Assembly (NCBI RefSeq): GCF_009914755.1
Contig: NC_060936.1
Reading direction: 5' to 3' (one strand)
Length of the DNA: 64,000 bases
Source: the human T2T-CHM13v2.0 reference genome, Homo sapiens
The translations under genes were made by a program, and so were the position numbers. Shown here piece after piece: positions 57,261-64,000 of this stretch (position 1 is the stretch's first letter; each line of letters begins with the position of its first letter). The notes under the pieces are model-generated. The model saw nothing but the letters and a program-made list of their open reading frames with translations. It did no database searches and had not been told where the DNA came from.

Positions 57261-58217
57261 TGTGGCCTCATAGATTTGCCTCCTCAGCTTCCTCTGTCTT
57301 GTTGCTTCTGTGGACAGCACATGGAACAGGGAACACAAGAAGGTTTCAAAAGATTTAAAATCATGGTTTTTAACATGTCTAAGATGTTATATGGTAAACT
57401 CCTTCCACCCATCAGCACTATCTCTCCTATACCAGGAGTAAGCCATAATATTTGTTTTACAAACTGCAATACTTAAATGCTTTTGGAGCAATTGAAATGC
57501 TTAAAAAATAGAAAAAACATCTCCAGTTCACCTTATCAAAAGCTGCAAGGACCCCTTCTTCCTTTATATAAAAATATTGACACACCTAGGCACACTAAGG
57601 GGCGTGTGAGATAGATTGGCAATTCAGATCTCCTGGCCCTTCACACTGGTCAATACCCACTTAATGCCACACTTGAGGCTTTTCCTCACATGCAGGGAAG
57701 CTGTAAGAGTTTAAATGACCTAATGGCTATAAAAGTTCCTAGAAGGGTACCTAGCTCAAAACAGTGCATTCTCCCTTCCAACTTTGTTTTCTGGGTTCCA
57801 CAGTTATTGAGACATTTTCCATTTGATATCACACAATTTTTTTTTTGCCAGTGTACCCAGAAGAATGCACTCTGATGATTCTATGTGTTTTTAGAAGGAG
57901 GGCCGAAGGACACAAATTTTATTCAGTTATCTAAAAGTCTGACTGCCTGAAGTGATATTATTATTTCAGTTGTTAGAAAACTACGTAAGTATAGATAAGA
58001 TAAAAATTGAATCATGTTGATTCTAGTCATCTATCAGCTTTTTTGTAGTAGTGATTTAATATTAACTTAATATTTTATGTTGTAAAAAGTTAGGAATCTT
58101 GTTTACATGTTAGAAATAGTTATGTTGCTGTCCTCCCTAAAATCCATAAAGCAGAAATTATATATAAATAAATTTACAGGTGCCTTTAGTCATGATGAAG
58201 GATTTCTCAGAATTCTT

Positions 58218-58519
58218 CTTTTCTTTTTTTTTTTGAGACAGGGTCTCTCTCTGTGTTGCCCAGGCTGGAGTGCAGTGGCGTGATCTCGGCTCACTTAAGC
58301 CTTGGCCTCCTCGGCTCCAGTGATTCTTCCACCTCAGCTTCCCTGGTAGCTGGGACTACAGGCACACAACACCCTGCCTGGCTAATTTTTGTATTTTTTA
58401 TAGAGACGAGGTTTTACCATGTTCCCCGGGCTGGTATCAAACTCCTGGACTCAAGCTATCCTTCCACCTTAGCCTCTCAAGGTGCTATGATTACAGGCGT
58501 AAGCCACCGCACTCAGCAC
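58218..58519 (-). mobile_element. AluJ(b)
   Basis: Antisense dimer; TSD CTCAGAATTCTT at 58206-58217 and 58520-58531. Confidence 0.94.
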
Positions 58520-58950
58520 CTCAGAATTCTTGAATATAAAATTGTTCTGATTTATTTGACTATAGAAATGACTGAAAAATCTCAGCATTTTAAACTTTTT
58601 TTGTATACCCTGTTTCTAACTGCACTAAGATAAACAGTACAGTTATGTATGTATATTTATATATTTTTTCCATGTTGGGGTATTTTCTGATCTTTCTCTA
58701 AAAAGCCATATATGACAATTAGCAGTAAGATGGAAAAGATAAAAGATATATTTGAGTTAATTTGGATAAAAAATAGACTTTTCTATTTAAGATTTCAAAA
58801 TATTAATGACCTAAAACAAAACAAATTTTGCTGTTGGTCAGTTTTACTCTGGTTGAAGTAATGCATATTAGAAATAAAAGAAATCTTAAATAAGGACCAT
58901 CTTCTAAATGTTAGCCAGGGGAGAAAAAAATAACAATGAGTCTTATCTAC

Positions 58951-59325
58951 TGTTAAAGACTGTTTGTATCCTCCCAAAATTAATCTGTTGAAGCCCTAAC
59001 CCCCAGTGTGATGGTGCTTGCAGATGGAGCCTTTGGAACATAATTAGGTTTAGATGAGGTCCTGAGGGTACAGCCCTAATCCCATGATATTACTGCCCCT
59101 AGAAGAAGAAACACTAATGAGTTTGCTCTCTCTCTCCACCACGTAAGGACACAGCAAGAAGGCAGCCATCTGCAAGCCATGAAGAGAGCCCTCACCAGAA
59201 ACAAAGCATGCCGGCACCTTGATCTTGGACTTCTAGACTCCAGAACTGTGAGAAAATACATTTCTGTTGTTTAAGCCACACAGTCTGTGGTGTTTTGTTA
59301 CAGTGGCTTGAGCAGATTAATCTGT
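58951..59325 (+). mobile_element. MLT1A0 solo LTR
   Basis: GTTGAAGCCCTAACCCCCAGTGTGATGG...GGCACCTTGATCTTGGACTT...GTTTAAGCCAC. Confidence 0.9.
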
Positions 59326-59863
59326 TTACCAAAGGGAAGATGGACGTACATGCTATGGCTAGGAAGGAATGATAACTTATCATTGAACCTAAATGTAGGG
59401 GATGTCCTGCCTAAAATTTTGACCATGCTTTTATTTGTGTGTATGTATTTTTGTTTTGTTTTGTTTTTGCTCCTGGGTCAGCCTTGGGAGGGTAAATCAC
59501 TACTGAAAGAAACATGGCTTTGTCCCCCAAAAAAGGATGAACATGTAGAACCTCTGGGAGTAATCAAGGCCTAGTATTAAGGAAAGACAGGGAAAGGTCA
59601 GGAGGCCTTTACTTCTGTGAGTGTCTGGGACCCAAAACGACAATAAAAGCCTGCTGCGGATTAGGGCCTCAAAGTCAGTAGCTTCCTAGCCTCATTCTTG
59701 GTATTTACATCCCCAGGAAGAAAAAAGGGTTGCTGGTTGGGAGTCCTCAAATGGTAGGCTATTAGGCCACTTGTGACATGGCACTCTTGAGACAACTGGT
59801 GCATTGGAGGATGGTTTCAAAGTAAACAGTGAACCTGGAGCTCCTTGCCTAAGCTTGGATTTG

Positions 59864-59897
<34 letters not shown>

Positions 59898-60450
59898 GCT
59901 TTGTTCAAAAATCCAAAATGGCAGAACCAGCTTCCTGAAAGACATGGCTCCTCATTTCCATCCACCCCCACAGACCTGGACCAGAAATATTCCTCAGTGC
60001 CCTTTAGATCTTATGGAACAAGTTTTCTTCAGTGATACCACATGTTGGTGAGAAGCTATGACAATAAATGTCTGATCTCTGCTTAGGTGTGGAAGTCAGA
60101 CAAATTCCTCTATTCACAAAACCCCACAGATTGAGTGGCTTAATCTGTGTTTGCCTTTAGGGTTCTTTGATATTGAAAGACAAAGGGTAGTCTCAAGAGT
60201 AAGAGACTGAACTTGATAATCTCGCATGTGTGTGTTCAAGTTGATTTTTAAATTTAATTTAGAATAGAAAAGAAATGTGTATATCTCTGCAGTTGACAAA
60301 TTTGATTAACTACAGGCATAACTGTAGCAGTGTGTGCATAGTAATTGTCAGTAAGTGCCCTTTGAAAGATTTAAAGTCAAGTGGTTGTTGATTCAGAAAG
60401 GGATCATGGTCCATGTGTTTCTTTTCAAATGAATGAATGAATTTCTTTCC

Positions 60451-60554
60451 TGGCCGAGGTTGAGAGACTGCAGTGAGCTATGAGCTATCATCGTACCACT
60501 GCACTCCAGCCTGAGTGACAGAGCAAGACCCTGTCTCAAAAAAGAAAAAAAGGA
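60451..60554 (+). mobile_element. Severely 5'-truncated AluJ
   Basis: 3' ~90 bp of right arm plus A tail; TSD-like GAATTTMTTTCC. Confidence 0.85.
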
Positions 60555-60906
60555 GAATTTATTTCCCAAATGGTTAACATGCTGTTGAATATGAAAACTA
60601 AGTGAGACTGAAAATGACAAACTCATTTCTGTATTTGATCTTTTTAGCAATATTCTCAATTCCTCTCTCAAGCTACCTTCATGGAAAAATAGGAAAAACA
60701 AGTAAGATCTAACTCTGCAAAAGAATAGAGTTATAATTTTATTCACCATTTGTGAATCTCTATGAAAATGGAATATCTGGTGAGAACAAATATAGTCAGT
60801 AATATCCTGATGAATAGATCAGGTATAAAATCTGGATACTAATGAACCATATTAATGTACCCAATTAAGTGTTTTAAGGTGAAAATCAATTATGCTTTCT
60901 GGTGTT

Positions 60907-61259
60907 GTCTTAGTTCATTCACGCTGCTATAACAAAATACCTTAGGCAGAGTATTAAAAACAACAGCAATTTATTTCTCACAGTTCTGGAACTTGGAAGT
61001 CCAAGATCAAGGCACCAACAGATTTGGTGTCTGGCGAGGGCTGCTCTGCTTCAAACATGGCACCTTCTTGCTGCATCCTCATATGGCAGAAGTGGGCAAA
61101 TAGCTCCCTTCCACCTCTTTTATAAAGTCACTAACCCCATTCATGAGAGCTCTACCATCATGACTTAATTATCCCCTAAGGGCCCCAACTCTTAATACTA
61201 TTACATTGATGATTCAGCTTCAATACATGAATTTTGAGGGGACACATTCAGACCACAGC
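60907..61259 (-). mobile_element. MST (C/D-like) MaLR solo LTR
   Basis: TGTCTTAGTTCATT...GCTGCTATAACAAAATAC...CAAGATCAAGGCACCAACAGATTTGGTGTCTGG...GACACATTCAGACCACAGC. Confidence 0.85.
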
Positions 61260-61386
61260 TACTATTAAATGTTTTGAACTAGAATTAAGTTTTTTCTTAC
61301 CTTTATGAACACGGCAACACTTTCGGATTCTACAATAATTTCAAATGAAAAAGAGACTGGTTTCAGCCACAAGTTCTCTTAAGCTC

Positions 61387-61700
61387 TCATATTGTTTGGC
61401 CACGTGTTGAGGTAAGGAGGTGATTGGATCAACGGGGGTGGTTTCCCCCATGCTGTTCTAGTGATAGTGAGTGAGTTCTCAAGAGATCTAATGGATCTGT
61501 AAGGTGCGCTTCCCACTTGGCTTTCTCTTCTCTCTCCTGTCGCTTTGTGAAGAAGGTGTCTGCTTCCCCTTCTGCCATGATTGTAAGTTTCCCGAGGCCT
61601 CCCCCAAGTTATGCAGAGTTTTGAGTCAATTAAACCTCTTTTCTTTATAAATTACCCAGTCTTGGGCAGTTCCTTATAGCACTGTGAAAACGGACTAACA
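61387..61700 (+). mobile_element. THE1 (C/D-like) solo LTR with a 5' internal deletion
   Basis: CCCCCATGCTGTTCT...GCCATGATTGTAAGTTTCC...GAGTCAATTAAACCTCTTTTCTTTATAAATTACCCAGTC. Confidence 0.88.
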
Positions 61701-61802
61701 GAAGCTTTTTATCTTAGCATCTCTTCACTTTCCTTCCACTCCACACCTAAATCCCACCCCTACTCCCAAAAATTTATTAAAAAAAAAAAAAAAAAGCTTT
61801 TC

Positions 61803-62050
61803 ATGCTTAAGGCCAGGTGTTCCAGACTAGCCTGGGCAACAAAGTGAGACCTTATCTCTACAAATAAATAAATGTTAAAAAACAAGTAGCTGGGCATGGT
61901 GGCATGTGCCTGTGGTACCAGGTACTTGGTAGACTGAGGCAGGATTGCTTGAGCCCAGGAGGTTGAGGCTGCAGTGAGCTATGAGCTATGATTGCACCAC
62001 TGCACTCCAACCTGGGCAACAGAATAAGACCCTGTCTCTTGGGGGAAAAA
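61803..62050 (+). mobile_element. 5'-truncated AluJ
   Basis: Starts midway through the left arm; flanked by AAGCTTTTC. Confidence 0.9.
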
Positions 62051-63174
62051 CAAGCTTTTCTAATGAACTCATTAGCATTAGTATTCTGGTAATATTCTTA
62101 AAGATCTGATTAAAAGACAGTATATAGATTTTAATAATTATAATATGAAGAATCTTGTTAAGACCAGAAGGTACACATTTCTTAAACCTCCAAAATCAAT
62201 CTTCTTTCCCTAGGTTTTAAACCCATCATGTGTTATGTAAAACAAAACAAAAAAAAAACCTTAATCATATTTGAATAATAGTTAGGAAAATAAAATGGTG
62301 AGTACTTGGTTGACTTTTTGATGTGTAGGAAATATACTTGCACCCTGAAGAGTTGAAGCAATCTATCCTGTTATGCAAATGTGAAGGTTATGGGTAACTT
62401 ATCTTGCCATGACAGAGTATTTTTTTAAGTTGTCAAAACTATTGTGGCCTTGACTATCCACAGACATTTAATGCATCTGCAGATTAGCAGGTTAATAGTT
62501 CTCAATCTGCCATCCCTATTCAAACACAAAATCTAGGTCTTGTCTAAGAGTTATTAAATTGGCATTTTGTCTTGTCTTGTGAATTAGCTCATATTCACAC
62601 ATTGAAATCTCAGATCATATCTGTAGTTGGCAAGGAAAACAGTAACACTGAGCCGTGCTGTTAAAAGGTAGATGACCTGTTAAAATAAGGAATAAACAAA
62701 GAGATAAAAAAAAAAAGAGAGAAAGTTTCTGCTCTTTTTGAAATCCATGTTCTCTTAATATGATTCAGCCTTGTTTTGTGGCTGGTGAAGTGTTTCGCAT
62801 TTGTAAATTTGGGCTCAATAACTGTTTAGCTCAGAAAAGCCAACTGTATGTCATTAATTGTTGGACTGTTTACAGTAGTCTCATTTCTAACTGGAAAAGG
62901 CCCCTGGAAAATGTTTTCAGAATCCAAAAAGACAAATTGTTAATGTAGAGCATTTAAAATAAAACATCATTTTTCAATATATCAGTTGTTTTAAAGTATT
63001 TTCTATGCTGGCATTTGCAATGTATATCACTGTTGATGATAGGGTATCTTAATCCTCCTCTTATATATTGGAAATTTCTAGTGGCTTTCATTGTATCTAT
63101 CTATATATATGTTTAATAAGGGTTGGCAGGTATTGCAATTTACATACATTTTACATAGAACTGATCAACTATGT

Positions 63175-63474
63175 TTTGTTTTGTTTCTTGAGATGGAGTC
63201 TCGCTCTGTCCCTCCTACTGGAGTGCAGTGGCGTGATCTCGGCTCACTGCCACCTCTGCCTCCTGGATTCAAGCAATTCTCCTGCCTCAGCCTCCCAAGA
63301 AGCAGGACCACAGGTGTTCACCACCATGCCTGGCTAATTTTTTGTACTTTTTTTAGTAGAGACAGGGTTTTGCCATGTTGGCCAGGCTGGTCTTGAACTC
63401 CTGACCTCAGGTGATTTGCCCCGCTCAGCCTCCCAAAGTGCTGGGATTACAGGAGTGAGCCACCACGCCTGGCC
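63175..63474 (-). mobile_element. AluSx
   Basis: Antisense dimer; TSD AGAACTRATCAAYTATG. Confidence 0.95.
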
Positions 63475-63609
63475 AGAACTAATCAATTATGTTTTTGTTG
63501 CATCTTTGCCTGTCTCTCCCACTGGGCTATAAGCTCCTTGAGACCGGGAATTGTGGCTTTGTCTTATATACTTCTGCCTAACACAATCCCCTTGTTGTTT
63601 GCATGCATT

Positions 63610-63835
63610 TGTTTTTCTGTAAACATTCATTGGATACTTGCTAGGTGTGAGGCAAGCTGCCAAGGTTTCTATTTGAGTTACCTCATACCCTCAGAACAAC
63701 CTAATAGCTTAGGCATATTATTGCCCTCAGTTTTTTAGGTGAGGAAGTGAAGGCATAGAGAACATAAACTTTGACAGGTGAGTGGCAGCCTCAGGCTTCA
63801 AACCCAGGCAGCCTGATTTCAGAGACTTTGCTTTT
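63610..63835 (-). mobile_element. MIR SINE
   Basis: CCTCAGAACAACCT...AGGTGAGGAAGTGAAGGCATAGAG...TTCAAACCCAGGCAGCCTGA. Confidence 0.75.
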
Positions 63836-64000
63836 ACTTTCAGGACTAGTGCTTTACTAGTGAGAGAACGGAGGCGAGGATGGTCCTAAAAGGACGCTGA
63901 GGTAGATAATAGTGTTCATTTTCTTAAATCCTGAAGCCAGACCTTTGAAAGTGGTTGATTGTTCAGCCCGTCTTCATACCCCCAACCATTCTCTTATATG

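Overview
This is primate (human-like) genomic DNA, repeat-rich and apparently intergenic or intronic. I find no supportable protein-coding gene, structural RNA gene, CpG island or CRISPR array, and the listed ORFs are L1/Alu remnants, low-complexity reads or chance ORFs. The largest feature is a full-length (~6.5 kb), decayed, minus-strand L1PA7/8-type LINE-1 with an intact 14-bp target-site duplication (TSD), inserted in an older L1M. Around it are about 15 Alus, solo MaLR/ERVL LTRs, DNA-transposon relics, L2/MIR fragments, microsatellites and a few repeat-poor blocks that may be enhancers or non-coding exons. The most distinctive signal is a set of locally templated insertions. The clearest is a ~171-bp inverted copy of sequence 1.2 kb downstream, placed with fold-back junctions beside the (TA)n tract of an MLT2A LTR. 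All repeat subfamily names come from recalled consensus sequences and are provisional, and boundaries of old repeats are approximate. I see no evidence of a new gene system, and I could not identify the locus.
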